Assembly (NCBI GenBank): GCA_043228905.1
Contig: JBHGNT010000018.1
Span: 12,586,001 to 12,650,000 of the forward strand
Length of the DNA stretch: 64,000 nt
Direction of reading: 5' to 3'
DNA from: Azolla caroliniana
Taxonomy: Eukaryota; Plantae; Polypodiophyta
The translations under genes were made by a program, and so were the position numbers. This document shows positions 1 through 13,199 of this stretch, piece by piece. Under the pieces are notes generated by a model, which was given only the letters and a program-made list of their open reading frames with translations, was not told the origin of the DNA and made no database searches. Position 1 is the first letter of the stretch; every line of letters begins with the position of its first letter.

Positions 1-822
1 GAGGCGGAGAAGGTTCGGACAGAGCTCCTCAGGCAACAGCAGGTGGAAAAAGAAAGAGCGGCGGAGGTACTGCAGAGGCTGCAAACGACATATCAAGGGC
101 AGCTGACGCGCTACAGAGAGCAGGCGGAGGATACGACAAACCTCATCAAGCAGTTGAAGGAGGAGCGACAAGTGGTGGAAAGCAGAGCGCAAATGGGAGC
201 AAGTCGCATCCAGGATATAATGCGGGCCTGGTTGAACCAGACCAAGAGCTTGATTGACAACGGTTCCGTCAAATGGTGGACCAAGTGGGCCACGAACGCG
301 GCGGAACTCCAATTGCTCCGGGCCGATGTAGAGAATCGGCGGAAGGAGGGAGATGATTGCTATATGCTGAATTCTGAAGATTTCACCGGCATAAGAGATG
401 AGCTGGCCGAAGACTTTCAAGCCTTGGTAGAGGACCAACTAGAGCAAGTCCGGCAACTTGTAGCTCAGCTGGACGACGACAGGCTGGAGGCGCAGATCCA
501 GTTTGAAAGCTACGAGAGGTCCCGGATCCGGGAAGAGAAAGAACGAGAACCAGTTACGGTCAACCTCAGTGATGAGGAACCCTTACTGGAAGGAGACCGG
601 ACCGGAAGCAGTCAAACGGAGATGCCGGAGCCAGAGAGACAAACGGAGCAGCCGGAGTCAGCGAAACAAACGGAGCAGCAGCAGCAAGCAGAGCAGCCGG
701 AGCAGCCTCAGTCCCAACCGCAACCACAGCAGCAGCAGCAAGCACAGCCGCAACAACCACAACCGGAAGAACAAGTGGAAATTCTTGAACAAAGTAATTT
801 GGACAATTTGGGTGAACAATGA
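1..822 (+). CDS. C-terminal part of the extra ORF (3' of pol) of Gypsy element Z; coiled-coil plus Q/P/E-rich tail
   Basis: Frame is open from base 1 to TGA 820-822, just before the LTR. AAELQLLRADVENRRKEGDDCYMLNSEDFTGIRDELAEDF aligns with AAELHAYRADWENRRKDGRGFYKLNKESIAAVRENLAQDY (28237-28671) of element A. Confidence 0.75.
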   Translation, partial: EAEKVRTELLRQQQVEKERAAEVLQRLQTTYQGQLTRYREQAEDTTNLIKQLKEERQVVESRAQMGASRIQDIMRAWLNQTKSLIDNGSVKWWTKWATNAAELQLLRADVENRRKEGDDCYMLNSEDFTGIRDELAEDFQALVEDQLEQVRQLVAQLDDDRLEAQIQFESYERSRIREEKEREPVTVNLSDEEPLLEGDRTGSSQTEMPEPERQTEQPESAKQTEQQQQAEQPEQPQSQPQPQQQQQAQPQQPQPEEQVEILEQSNLDNLGEQ

Positions 823-828
823 AGGGGC

Positions 829-872
829 CGAGAAGGGTTCGACGTACAAGGTACTGTCCCACGGGCGTGCCA
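829..872 (+). promoter_or_regulatory. Pre-LTR hairpin and tRNA-Arg 3'-end mimic in the PPT position (element Z)
   Basis: cgagaagggttcgacgtacaaggtactgtcccacgggcgtgcca lies 2 nt before the LTR; homologous to 27640-27684 (minus). Confidence 0.7.
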
Positions 873-874
873 TG

Positions 875-1258
875 TGTTACCGGCCGGCAAGGAGTCCAAA
901 ATACGGAGTGAAGGAATTAATTAGATATGGTTGTAAATGAGCATAGTGTGGACGGACGGACTGTAAACGGTATGCCGTTCCAGATCCGGACGGATCCCGA
1001 ATAGGTGCGAGAGGCACCGTTTTGTACTACGGGCCGGAAACCTATTTAAAGGCCCGGACCCCATTGTAATCGCAGCGGATAATTAATAGAGCTTATGTTG
1101 TTTATACTTCTGTCTTGATTTCCGTTCTGTAATTACTGTTATATCTTACGCGTGTAATTAACCGAAGCATTCTAATCGTGTAACCTATGTAAGTCGGTGT
1201 AATCGTTGAATCTTAATCCTATGCCGTAATCACCCTTTGGTGAAGTGTCTCCGTGACA
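875..1258 (+). repeat. 3' LTR of Gypsy element Z
   Basis: TGTTAC...GTGACA inverted termini and a TATTTAAA box near 1043. Geometry relative to the pre-LTR motif matches element A. The partner LTR is outside the window. Confidence 0.7.
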
Positions 1259-1300
1259 CCTTGTGTTAGGCCTTGTCCGGCTAGAGAATAACACATAAGA

Positions 1301-3728
1301 ACAATGAGGACGCCGATCGGGTTGGTAAGGATGTGCACCTTACCCCAAGGTGTGACAAATTCCGTCGCCCACATGGTGAATGCCATGAACAAAGTGTTGA
1401 GGGATTGTATCCCTGATATCACAATGACCTTCTTAGATGACATTCCAATCAAAGTATGCTTGGTGGAAGAGAAAGATGAATCGAAAGATGACAATGGTTG
1501 CCGAAGATTCGTCATCGATCATATAAAGAATAGAGAGAAGGTGTTGCAAAAGCTTGAGGATGCGAATCTCACGCTTTTGGGATAGAAGTCTGCATTCGGT
1601 CAACCAGAAATATTGGTAGTGGGACACTTATGTGGGTCTTATGACCGGAAGCCATCTCCATCCAAGGTGAACGCTACTCAAGAGATGAAAGAAGAATGTG
1701 TGTCTCAAACAGAGGTGCGTAGATTCTTGGGAGCATGTGCATTCTATCACATATGGATTCCACATTATGCCCATGTTGCTAAACCATTGTATGGACTATT
1801 AAAGAAAAGGAAGAAGTTCGAATGGGAAGATGAGCATACCTACGCGATTCGAAAGCTAAAGAAACTATTATTGGAAGCTCCAGCACTACGCAAAGCCGAC
1901 TACACCGATGGTACCCCGATATATGTGACGGTGGATACGAGCCCAACCAGAATTGGATGGGTGATAAACCAAGAAGACAAAGAAAAGAATCGGTATGCAA
2001 TCCGATTCAGTGCGAAGGTGTTAACCGAAAGACAAAGGAAGTATGCCCAAGTAAAGAGAGAGCTATGGGGAATAGTATCCGCGGTTAAAACTGACCGTGA
2101 CTACCTTATAGGAACAGAGGTCATAATCGAAACAGACTGTCTACCTATTCTTGGAATGATATCCGGTTGTGCTACACCGGATATTGCTATGCTGCGATAG
2201 ATTGCCTATATCAAGTCCCTCAACCCCGAGATTCGGCATATAAATGGGAAGCATAATGTGGTGGCTGATATGTTGTCAAGGGAGAGGTATGAGGGTGAAG
2301 AAGATTTGCATTCCGACGAAGAGGGTGTTGGCCTAAACTTCTTTGCGGTTTCTTGTGCTCGGGTGCTAGCAGTGTTCAAAGTAGAAGATTATGAGGGTGA
2401 ATTCATCGAAATTGGCAAATACTTAAGCTCTCTTACAAAAGATGAATCATGGTCAAAGGAAGACTTCTACCGAATTAGGAAGAAGGCCTACAAGTTCTTC
2501 CTCAAAGAAGGACATCTTTGGAAGTTTCCAAAGAAGAAGAATGGAACTCCACTTCGAGTGGTGTGCAAGAAACAGGATCAACAAACACTAATTGCTGAAT
2601 TTCATGATAGTGTGTGGCCAGGTCATCATGGCATATGGGCAACATTTGCAAAGCTCAAGGAGAAGTATTGGTGGCTGGGTGTTTACAAAGATGTAGCAAG
2701 CTATGTTGAAACATGAGAGCAATGCCAATTATACTCGAATATTCAACATAGGGATGAACTTCATCTGACATATCCATTATCAATGCACTATAAGTGGTTG
2801 GTAGACATAGTGGTTATGCCAATGGGATTGGGGCAAATGAAATACCTTGTGCTAGCAAGAGAGGATCTCACCAACCAAGTAGAAGGACGAGCGCTAAGGA
2901 ATAAAACAACTTCGGCGGTTTGTAAGTTTCTCCTTGAAGATGTTATTTGTCGATACGAATGTGTCGACAAAATAGTAGCCGATAGGGGAGAATTAGATGC
3001 GAATGAAGCTAAAGAGTTCTTTTCAAGAATAGGCGTCAAATTATCGCTCACCATGGCATACAAGCCGAACGCAAATGGGAAGGTGGAACAAGGACATAGT
3101 CCAATTGTAAAAGCTCTAGCAAAGGCTTGCGACGGCAAAATGGGAAATTGGCCACGATTATTACCTTATGCATTGTGGGCAGATAGAACTACACATAGCA
3201 CGACTACGGGATATATGCCCGCCGAACTCATATTAGGACAAAAAACAATAATGCCTATTGAGCAAAGTGTTGCTTCGTGGACATCTTTGCCATGGCAAGA
3301 GGAAATGAGTCGGGAAGACTTGCTAGCCACGAGGATTCAACAATTAGAACGAAGGCCCGAAGATGTCGAGTTGGCAATAGAACAGTTGCGCCAAGGTCAA
3401 TTCCACAATTAGAACGAAGGCTCTCGATAGAAAGCATCGTCTTTGACAAAGAAAAATTGAAGAAGGAGATTGGGTTCTTGTCTATGATAATAGTCTCGAT
3501 AATCAATATAGCACTGCTCGAAAGTTCGCAAAACGATGGTTTGGCCCGTATATGGTCAAGAAAATAGAAAGCAATGCAACCTATTTTTTAGCGGAGTTAG
3601 ATGGAACTCAACTTGCTTTGCCAATAGCAAGGAAGAGGATCAAGATCTTTAAGAGAAGAGAGGACCTAAATCTTGAAATCGAAGCTCTAGATGATGTATC
3701 CTCGAACATCGAGGTTGAAGAAGAGTAA
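1301..3728 (+). pseudogene. Degenerate Ty3/Gypsy pol (RT-RNaseH-integrase) of element G1, same lineage as B and H
   Basis: RT LPQGVTNS...FLDDIPIK, RNase H DTSPTRIGW, integrase GHHGIWAT...KIVADRGEL. Several stops and frameshifts. Highly similar to 17696-20968. Confidence 0.92.
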
Positions 3729-3794
3729 TTAAAGAAGAGGAACCTCACCACAATTGGCACATACCAGTGGATGTGCAGGTTTGGTGGGGGTGAA

Positions 3795-5054
3795 TGTCGT
3801 GTGGTTTTTCACACACGATATGAAAACTAGTAAAATAATTATTTACGATTAGCTTAATATATTGATATGGAAAGATAGATGTGTTCAAGATCTTCATAAA
3901 ATATTTTATTACGTATGAATTGGATAAATAAGTATCAAGTTATGTGAGTGAGAAGTGTGAAGAGAAAAAGGAAAAAAATACAAACTGTGAGATATACCAC
4001 ATAGATAGGTCAACATTGGAACGCAGGATATATAAGGGAAACCAAAACACATTCATTCTATCAATGTGTGGAGCACAGAATGTTCAAGGTGACTTGGGCT
4101 ACATTGTGTGGTGTGCACGCTTCGGGCGTACGAGCGTATGCGCGGTCGTGTTGATGCTTTCGGCGTACGCGCGTATGCACGATCGTGTTGATGCTTTCGG
4201 CGTACGTGCGTATGCACGGCCGCATGGACATTTTTGGATGTACGCGTGTGTGCAAGTTTCGGGCGTACGCGGGCACGGACGTGTGTATGCGGACGAGCAC
4301 GCGGATGCGTACACGGCGTGGTCGGGACGCATGTGTGTGCGGATGCATACACGGTGTGGGTTGGACGCGCGCGCTTGGATGCGTACATTGCGCGGTTGGG
4401 ACTTTTGCGCGTGGACGTGTCTACGGTTTGGTTGCGACGCACGTACGGATTGCGCATGGGCTAAACTTTATGGATGATTGTGTCATTTGTCCGAATTATA
4501 CGGACAGTCGCATGTAACCAAAAGCCAAGGCCATGCAACTAAAAGTAAAAGGCATGCATCTAAAAATGGAAGCATGCAACTAAAAGTAGAGGCCATGCAA
4601 CTAAAAGTGGGCATGCAAAGTAACATTGGGGAGGAGGATCAACAAAGAGCTCGATATATGTCCCATTTTTCCCCTCTAGTTTTTTTTCGTCCTTCTTCCC
4701 TCTCGGATTCGAGAAACAAATTATCTCACATATTGATATCAAACTCCTAACTTTGTTTACTTGATCTTTCTTGTCAAAAATGATCTCTCGTATTCATATC
4801 GGACTACTCCTTGCATGGTTGTTGGCTCCTTTCTTTGAAGAATTAATCTCTCATTTCCATACCCAACCCATTGTAACACAATTCTGAAATTATAAAGAAT
4901 CAATTTTCTTTTGCAATAAACTAATGATTTGTCTCTCCCACTTGTCTTATGCTTAAAACTTGCTTGTGTTGTACATGTTGCACTAAATCCTTCTAGTCCA
5001 AAACCTCGGCGGTTCCATCTCACGATCCACACATAGTGACGGATTTTCACGACA
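3795..5054 (+). repeat. 3' LTR of G1 (1260 bp) containing a CpG-dense internal array (~4113-4512)
   Basis: TGTCGTG...CACGACA termini; preceded by the G-rich PPT ggtttggtgggggtgaa; followed by gcgt. Confidence 0.85.
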
Positions 5055-6619
5055 GCGTCCCGACCGAACCATGCACGAATCCGTGCGCACGCGCACCCCG
5101 ACCGAACCATGCCGGACGTTTTGAACTGTCCTCCAAAATCATTTGAAGCCATGCATTAATGCACGCGTCCCAATCGAGCCATGCATGGCCAAGCTGTGCG
5201 ACGTGACCATGTCCCGATCGAGTCGTGCCGGACATTTTGAACTGTCATCCAAAACGTCGTTTGAAGCATATTAATTGTCATCCAAAACATCCTTTGAAGC
5301 ATGGCCAAGCTGTGCGACGTGACCATGTCCCGATCGAGTCGTGCCGGACATTTTGAACTGTCATCCAAAACGTCGTTTGAAGCATATTAATTGTCATCCA
5401 AAACATCCTTTGAAGCATTTGATCCACTACGCAATTTGACAACATCCATCCATCCGAACAGTTTGGCCCAAATCACCCTAACCGTTCTATGCTCTAAACA
5501 CACAAATATGAAGTAATAACTTATGGGTCTACTTATATATTGTTGGATTCGATGTTGTCCTATCTATGTGGGATATCTCACAGTTCTATTTTCCTCATCT
5601 TCTCCCCGGGGACTCCACTATATATAAGAAGGTTGTATCACGTGCATTCATGACATCATTTATAAACCCCTTATACGTATGTTTTTTACTATTTTAGTGA
5701 CCCTTGTGTAGAAAAACGATTAATAAAAATACCCCTATATTACGAAATATATTTTGATAACCGCCCATTTTAAATACCCTTACATATAAAATATACATGC
5801 ACACATAGTTTCTATTCCTAGAAAGGATCAATGACCGTCTTTACAATTGATGACTCGCAAAATTATGAATCAACATTAGACATCATATGCAAATTCCTTG
5901 AAAACATAGTGTGTAAAGTATAAAGTAATGCACACACAATTAGGAAACATTACCCAAAAACACTAGAGGTATAACATATATAAGCCACATATAAGTTTTT
6001 GTTTTTAGTTTATTGAGACGTGTGAAGAATATAGAGTGATAAAAAACAATGTAATTTACAATAAAACAATCTTGAACTTGACATATATATCTCAAAAAGC
6101 ACACATGGAACAATCTAAAATGCATATCAATAATGAAATTACTAACAAATTAACATTATGTTTGGTTTCATGGATAGACTCATGTGAAGTCATAACATTA
6201 TTTTTTCTCAAACACATTGATCAAACAAATGGCAACCTACTTCATATTTCCATTTGAAATGTAAGACATCATCTATTCACACATTCTTACCCAAATCAAA
6301 ATGAAATAAAATAAATCATTTTGTTATTGCAATGTCTACTTTAAAAACTTATTACAATAAAGGTTGCCCTTATAAAGACCAACTATATAAAAAGAAAACC
6401 CTAAGAAGTTCATTTTAGGCTATAAATTTCATGTCGTTTCCATCTTCAACGTTGGACCTGTATTATAACATGTAACAACAAAGGCAAGAAAACTTAATAT
6501 ACATGGAAGTAAATAATATCTTAAAGAAATCAAAAAATATATTTGGAATACCGTAGGTTTATATTTGGTTTCTACTCTTTTCTCCCTTTCCTGTTAAAAT
6601 AAAAGGCATAAATATTAAG

Positions 6620-7817
6620 TTATGTGGTATGTTTGTATGTGGTATGCATGTGTGTTGTATGCTATGTTTGTGTGTGTGTGTATGTATGTATGTTCCATAC
6701 ATCATATATGTTTGTATGTGGTATGCATGTGTGTTGTGTGTTATGTTTGTGTGTGTGTATGTATGTTCCATACATCATATATGTTTGTATGTGGTATGCA
6801 TGTGTGTTGTGTGTTATGTTTGTGTGTGTACATATTGTGTTTTGTGTGTCTATGTGTATGTATGTATGTGTTATATGTGCATATAGGTATTGTATGGATT
6901 GTATTGTTTGTATGTGGTATGCATGTGTGTTGTGTGTTGTATTTGTGTGTGTGTGTATGTAGGTTCCATACATCATATATGTTTGTATGTGGTATGCATG
7001 TGTGTTGTGTGTTATGTTTGTGCGTGTTTATGTATGTTCCATACATCATATATGTTTGTATGTGGTATGCATGTGTGTTGTGTGTTATGTTTGTGCGTGT
7101 TTATGTATGTTCCATACATCATATATGTTTGTATGTGGTATGCATGTGTGTTGTGTGTTATGTTTGTGCATGTGTATGTATGCATGCATGCATGTGTGTT
7201 ATGTTTGTGTGTGTACATATTGTGTTATGTGTGTATATGTGTATCATGTATGTATGTATGTGCTATATGTGTATATAGGTATTGTATGGATTGTACTGCA
7301 TGTGTATATAGGTATTGTATGGATTGTATTGCATGTGTATATAGGTATGTGTGTATGTATGTACATATTGTATTTTATTTTATTGTATTGTATTGTGTGT
7401 GTATGTATGTATGTATGTACATATCGTGTTATGTGTGTATATGTGTATGTATGTATGCATTATATGTGTATATAGGTATTGTATGGATTGCATTGCATGT
7501 GTATATAGGTATGTATTTGTGTGTTATGTTTGTGTGTGTGTATGTATGTTCCATACTACATATATATGTGTCCATATGTATATGTATATTCTACACGTGT
7601 GTGTGTGTGTATGTATTGTATTGTATTACATGTGTATGTATGTATGTGTGTACATATTGTATTGTATGTATGTGTTATATGTGTAAATGTGTATGTATGT
7701 AAGTGTATATATGTGTATATAGGTATGTGTGTATGTATGTACATATTGTATTGTAATGTATTAATTTCATTTATTGTATGTATTGTATGTATGGCATGTG
7801 TGTATGATTGTATATGT

Positions 7818-7872
<55 letters not shown>

Positions 7873-7980
7873 GTAAATTTGTATGTGTGTAAGTGTATAT
7901 ATCTGTATATGGGTATGTGTGTATGTATGTACATATTGTATTGTAATGTATGTATGGCTTGTGTGTATGATTGTATATGT

Positions 7981-8034
<54 letters not shown>

Positions 8035-8290
8035 AATTTGTATGTGTGTAAGTGTATATATACGTATATGGGTATGTGTGTATGTATGTACATATTGTAT
8101 TGTAATGTATGTATGGCTTGTGTGTATGATTGTATATGTTATGTGTGTGTGTGTTTATGTATGTATGTATGTATGTATGTATGTATGTACACGTGTGTGT
8201 GTGTGTCTCTCTCTCTAAGAATTTATGTGTTGGTTTATGTATGTGTGCATTATGTATGTATGATGTTTGTACTTATGTGTACCTGTAAAA
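6620..8290. repeat. (TATG/TG)n low-complexity block with a ~66-bp minisatellite
   Basis: Repeated unit gttccatacatcatatatgtttgtatgtggtatgcatgtgtgttgtgtgttatgtttgtg at ~6690-7170; pure (TG)n tracts at ~7820 and ~7985. Confidence 0.95.
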
Positions 8291-8484
8291 TATTTGTAGA
8301 GTAGTTGTGGCAGCCCCGATAGAGAATAATGGTGAGCAAAAGCGGCACGACAAGGCGAGTGGCGGTGGCAAAATGAGAATAGAGGCAACGGCCAAACAAT
8401 AATGGAGGCCGCAAAACGAGATCAAAGGCAGCAAAATGAGGACAGAAACAACAAGGGGAGAAGAGGTGACGGCGGCAATGAGGA

Positions 8485-9390
8485 GAAAGAAAGAAGAAAG
8501 AAAGAAAGAAGAAAGAAAGATATATTAACGTCTTCTAAGGCCAAAATTGGCCCATGAGACAAATGGTGTACAACAAAAATGGGATATTTACCCATTCATC
8601 GAAAGTAAAAATAAAAATAAGATAAAATAGAGTTTAAGCTAAATAGTTCTAAGAAAACAACAAACATGTTCTATATAAAAAACATGTTCTACAATGAGAA
8701 TGATTCTATACTAGGCCTAATTTCATTTCCATCCAAGTCTCTCGAAGAGAAGCGGGGGGTCAAAGGGTTGCCATGATGTGGATGTGGCCCGTGGTCCCCA
8801 TGTAAGAGGTACCCCAACCATAGCTTCGAGTCGACGTAGCTCACGTTCCCTTATCTTCTTAATCTTTTCTACTCCACGTTGACTTGTGTTGAAGCCCAAC
8901 ATCCGAGGACGTTTGGTTGCTCTTTGTATTTCTGCTTCCTCAAGGGAGAGGCCGAGCGGCATAAGTGTATCCACATTCATCGTCTCCCCATGTTCCTGAA
9001 AAATTACACTAGGTACATGTTGATGAGTAGTAAAAGGGTTATGATTAACACTTTGTAATTTATCCTCCCTATGTTGTTTTAGCTCTAAGATATACCTACC
9101 TAGTCTCTTTACACTCGGGGTATCTAATAGTTTGGAGAGGGTGGGAGAGGGTCCTAGTATGTCTTGGTATTCCGCCCGTATCTCGGCATAAGTTGGGCAC
9201 TTGCATGTGAAGTGATACTCATCCTCTATCTCTATGTGGCATAACCTACATAGCCTTTCCTCTCTAGGGACTCTATTAGCTCGACCATTCTCAATCTCAA
9301 GTTGGTGAGATGATATCCTAAGTTGTCCAATGGCCACCCTTAGTGCATTTGATAAGAAAGTATCTAGGTATCTTGGTCGTGTAATAAATC
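8485..9390 (-). mobile_element. 5'-truncated non-LTR retrotransposon (LINE) 3' end; ORF2 C-terminus with CCHC zinc finger, RTE-X-like
   Basis: ORF 8723-9337 reads QLRISSHQLEIENGR...REERLCRLC...EDEYHFTCKCPTY. A (TTTC)n-type tail lies at 8485-8520 on the minus strand. Confidence 0.75.
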
Positions 9391-9469
9391 TAAATTAAAG
9401 GAGGAGGTAGCAAAAGGAGGAGAGAAGAAGAGGAAGCAAAGGAGGAGGTAGCAAAAATCTAAATTAAAA

Positions 9470-12400
9470 AAAGATGAATGTTTGAATGTTATGTTTAGTA
9501 TGAGTGTATGTTATGTATGTATGTGCACATAATGTATGCATGTATGAATGAATGAATGAATATATATATATGTAATGTATGCATAAAATATGTATGCTTG
9601 CATGAATGAATGAATATATGAATGTACATATGTAATATGTAATGTATGTATATTTGTATGTGTGTGTGGATATTTGTTTGTAATATGTATGTATGTGTAT
9701 GTATAATATATACATATGCATATATATATATATATGTATGTGTGTATATATCTAATATATGTAAGTATGTGTATGTACATGTAGCAATGTATAAAAGACT
9801 ATATATGTATGTCCATGTACATATGTGTATGCATATATGCATATGCAAATGTACATGATTCAATGTGTATGGAGATGTGACTATAATATGTGCATAATAT
9901 ATATGTATATATATGTGCATGTATATGTAGCAATGTATAAATGAATATATGTATGTCCATGTACGAATGTACATATGCGTATGCATATATCCATATGTAA
10001 TGTATGTGTATGTATAAAAGACTATATGTAGGTGTGTGTGCGTGTGTGTGTATATATATGTATGTATGTGTGTATATATCTAATATACGTATTTATGTGC
10101 ATATGTGTATGTACATGTAGCAATGTAGACGATATGTATGTCCATGTACGAATGTACATACGTGTATGCATATATGCATATGTCATGTATGTATGTATGT
10201 GTATGCATATATGCATATGCAAATGTACATGATTCAATGTGTATTGATGAGTGATTGTAATATGTGCATAATATCTATCTATATATCTGACGTATATATG
10301 TGTATGTATGTGTATCAATGTATAAATGAATATATGTATGTCCATGTATGAATGTACATATGTGTATGCATATATCCATATGCAATGTATGTCGTGTATG
10401 CATATATTCATATGTAATGTATGTATGTATATATACATGTATGTATGTATGTATGTGTATGCATATATCCATATGACAATGTACATGATTCTAATGTATG
10501 TATATGTAGCAATATATAAATGAATATAGGTATGTCCATGTATGTACATATGTGTATGCATATGTAATGTATGTATGTGTATGCATATATATGACAATGT
10601 ACATGATTCAATGTATATGAATGTGTGATGGTAATATATGCATATGCAATGTATGTATGTACATGTATGAATGTACATATGTGTATATATGTAATATGTA
10701 ATGTATGTATGTTTGTATGTGTAACAGTGTATGCATATATGCATACATGAGTGTGTGGATGTTTGTTCATAATATTTATGTATGTGTATGTATATATGTA
10801 TGTATTGTAGTTTGTGATGATATGTATGTACATATGTAATGTATGTGTATGCATGTATGTAATGTATGTATATATGTGTATGGATGTATGTTTGTAAAAC
10901 TTATAACATTGTAGGCATATGTGTGTATATATATGGTGACATGTGGAATATGTATGTATGTATATGTATATGTCAATATACATGATTCAATGAGTATGAA
11001 TGTGTTTGTACTATGTGCATAATATGTATGTATATATCCAATGTATGTGTGTGTGTGTGTGTGTGTGGTCATATGTATATAAATGTATGAATGTATGTAC
11101 GTGTATATATGTAATGTATTTATGTATGTATATTTTTGGGATATTTTCATGTTTAGTACATATGTATATGGCTTGTATATGGATGTATGTTTGTAATATG
11201 TACGTAATATACATGTATATATCCAATGTATGTGTAAGTATACATATATGTATCTAATGTGTGTGTGTGTGTGCGTGTGTATATATGTAAGTATTGTGGT
11301 TTGTATGGTCCAATATAATCTATATATATGGTGATATGTGGAATATGTATGTACATATGTAATATATCTATGTATGTATCTACATATATATATGTATATA
11401 TCTACATATATCTATGTATGTATCTACATATATATATGTATATATGTAATGTATGTATGTGTAAATTTGTATATTGTGTAATAGGTATGGATTATATGCT
11501 ATGTAATATCTAATTTATTTATGTGTAAGTATACATATACATATCTAATGTGTGTGTGTGTATGTGTGTGTATGTAAGTATTGTGGTTTGTATGGTTCAA
11601 TATAATCTATACATATATATATGGTGATATGTGGAATATGTATGTACATATGTAATATATCTATATATGTATATGTAATTTATGTATGTGTAAATTTGTA
11701 TATTGTGTAAGAAGTATGGATTATATACTATGTAATATCTAATTTATTTATGTGTGTGTGCACATGTATATATATGTAACTTGTTTGTAAGTATGAAGAT
11801 TTGTATATATATAGTATGTAATCTTAGGTATTAATATGTATGTGTATGTGTATATATATATAGTATAATAGATAATTTATTTTTGTGTGTTTTGTATGTA
11901 TATATGCATTTGTGTATGTATATATGTAATATGTAATTTTATTGTATGTATTATGTATATATGTATGTCAATATATATGGTTGATTCTAATCTGTATGCA
12001 ATATGTAATGCATGTATGTACACACATATTTACATATGGTAATATATATTTGTACATATATTTATGTTTAGTCAATATGCAAGTATAAATGGGTGTAATG
12101 TATGTATATACATATTCATGGATATAGGTATATATGCATGTATATGATATGCATGTGTTATGTTTGTGTGTGTATGTATGTACATATTGTATTGTATTGT
12201 ATTGTTTGTATGGAATGTGTGTATATGTGTATGTATGTGTATATATATAATATGTAATTTATTTTTGTGTGTTTGGTTTGTATATTTGCATTTGTATATA
12301 ATTGTGTGTATAATAATATACGTGTGTAATATGTAATATATAAAATATGTTTGTAAGGATGTGTATGTATATATGTAATATGTAATTTTTTTGTATGTAT

Positions 12401-12640
12401 TTATTATGTATATATGTATGTCAATATATATGGCCAATTCTAATATGTATGTAGTATGTAATGCATGTATGTACATATTTACATATAGTAATATATATTT
12501 GTACATATATTTATGTTTAGTCAACATGCATGTATAAATTGGTGTAATGTATGTATATACATATTCATGGACATAATATTTGAATGTAGGTATATATGGA
12601 TACATGCATATATATGTATGTATGTATGTGTGTATATATG
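9470..12640. repeat. (TATG/TA)n low-complexity block inside the TIR element
   Basis: Degenerate TATG repeats with internal duplications; homologous to 57910-59629. Confidence 0.95.
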
Positions 12641-13199
12641 CGACTTCAAATATGAGTATTGTTTGCATAATATATTCTTTACTATCTCATTAAAATATCT
12701 AATATTTAATGGGCTTATGTAAAAAAATTCCAGCATAATTGATAATACCCTTATGTAAATATATTTTCAAATCTTTATTAATACCCTTATATATATATTT
12801 TTTGTATCTCACTGATTAATTAAAACCCCTTTTGATGAACTCACGTGCTATCATACAAGTTTTGACAGTGAAACCCCCCGGATCTTCTCAAAATTCATAC
12901 TCACATAACTTGATACTTAGTTGTTCGTTTTATGTGTAGTAAAATGTGTTTGGAAGCTCCTGAAGACGTCCATCTTTTCCATATCAAACCATTAAGATAA
13001 TCTAGAGTAATTCTTTCATTATTTTTCATATCGTGTGTGAAGAACCGCACGACAACGCTTATGTCAAGCCTTCTTAATGCCCATTACAGGGTTTTCCATG
13101 TTAACATCTTGTGTCATTGGGTCATTGCATCATCTCTATGTTTAGTACTTTTGCCTTTCCATCTTCTATGATTTCTGTTGTTCCAATCTTTCCACTCGC

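Larger units (their letters stand above)
5605..12881. mobile_element. Non-autonomous TIR DNA transposon (7.3 kb, 8-bp TSD), filled with TATG/TGTG simple repeats
   Basis: TSD atcttctc at 5597-5604 and 12882-12889. Imperfect TIRs cccggggactccact / rc ccggggggtttcact. ACCCTTA-like subterminal repeats at both ends. Removing it rejoins the LTR. Confidence 0.8.
5055..13054 (-). repeat. G1-related LTR in opposite orientation, split by the TIR element (pieces 5055-5604 and 12882-13054) and cut at its left by G1
   Basis: 12890-13054 is reverse-complement homologous to 3795-3960, and 5531-5604 to ~3960-4035. Ends in ...CGCACGACA. Contains a 116-bp tandem duplication (5185-5300 / 5301-5416). Confidence 0.8.

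Noticed and set aside
1-822. Extra ORF as a retroviral envelope
   Set aside because: No hydrophobic transmembrane or signal segment in the visible parts of either homologue.
3944-4517. Overlapping R/A/C-rich ORFs on both strands
   Set aside because: They arise from the stop-poor CG repeat array within an LTR.
5612-5640. Helitron (TC) or CACTA start at tccactatatataa
   Set aside because: The 8-bp TSD and TIR place the boundary at 5605; no matching CTRR hairpin end or TAGTG end with a 3-bp TSD was found.
6559-12736. Many C/V/Y/M- or H/T/I-rich ORFs (also 15139-15969 and 57913-59798)
   Set aside because: Translation artefacts of TG/TATG simple repeats.
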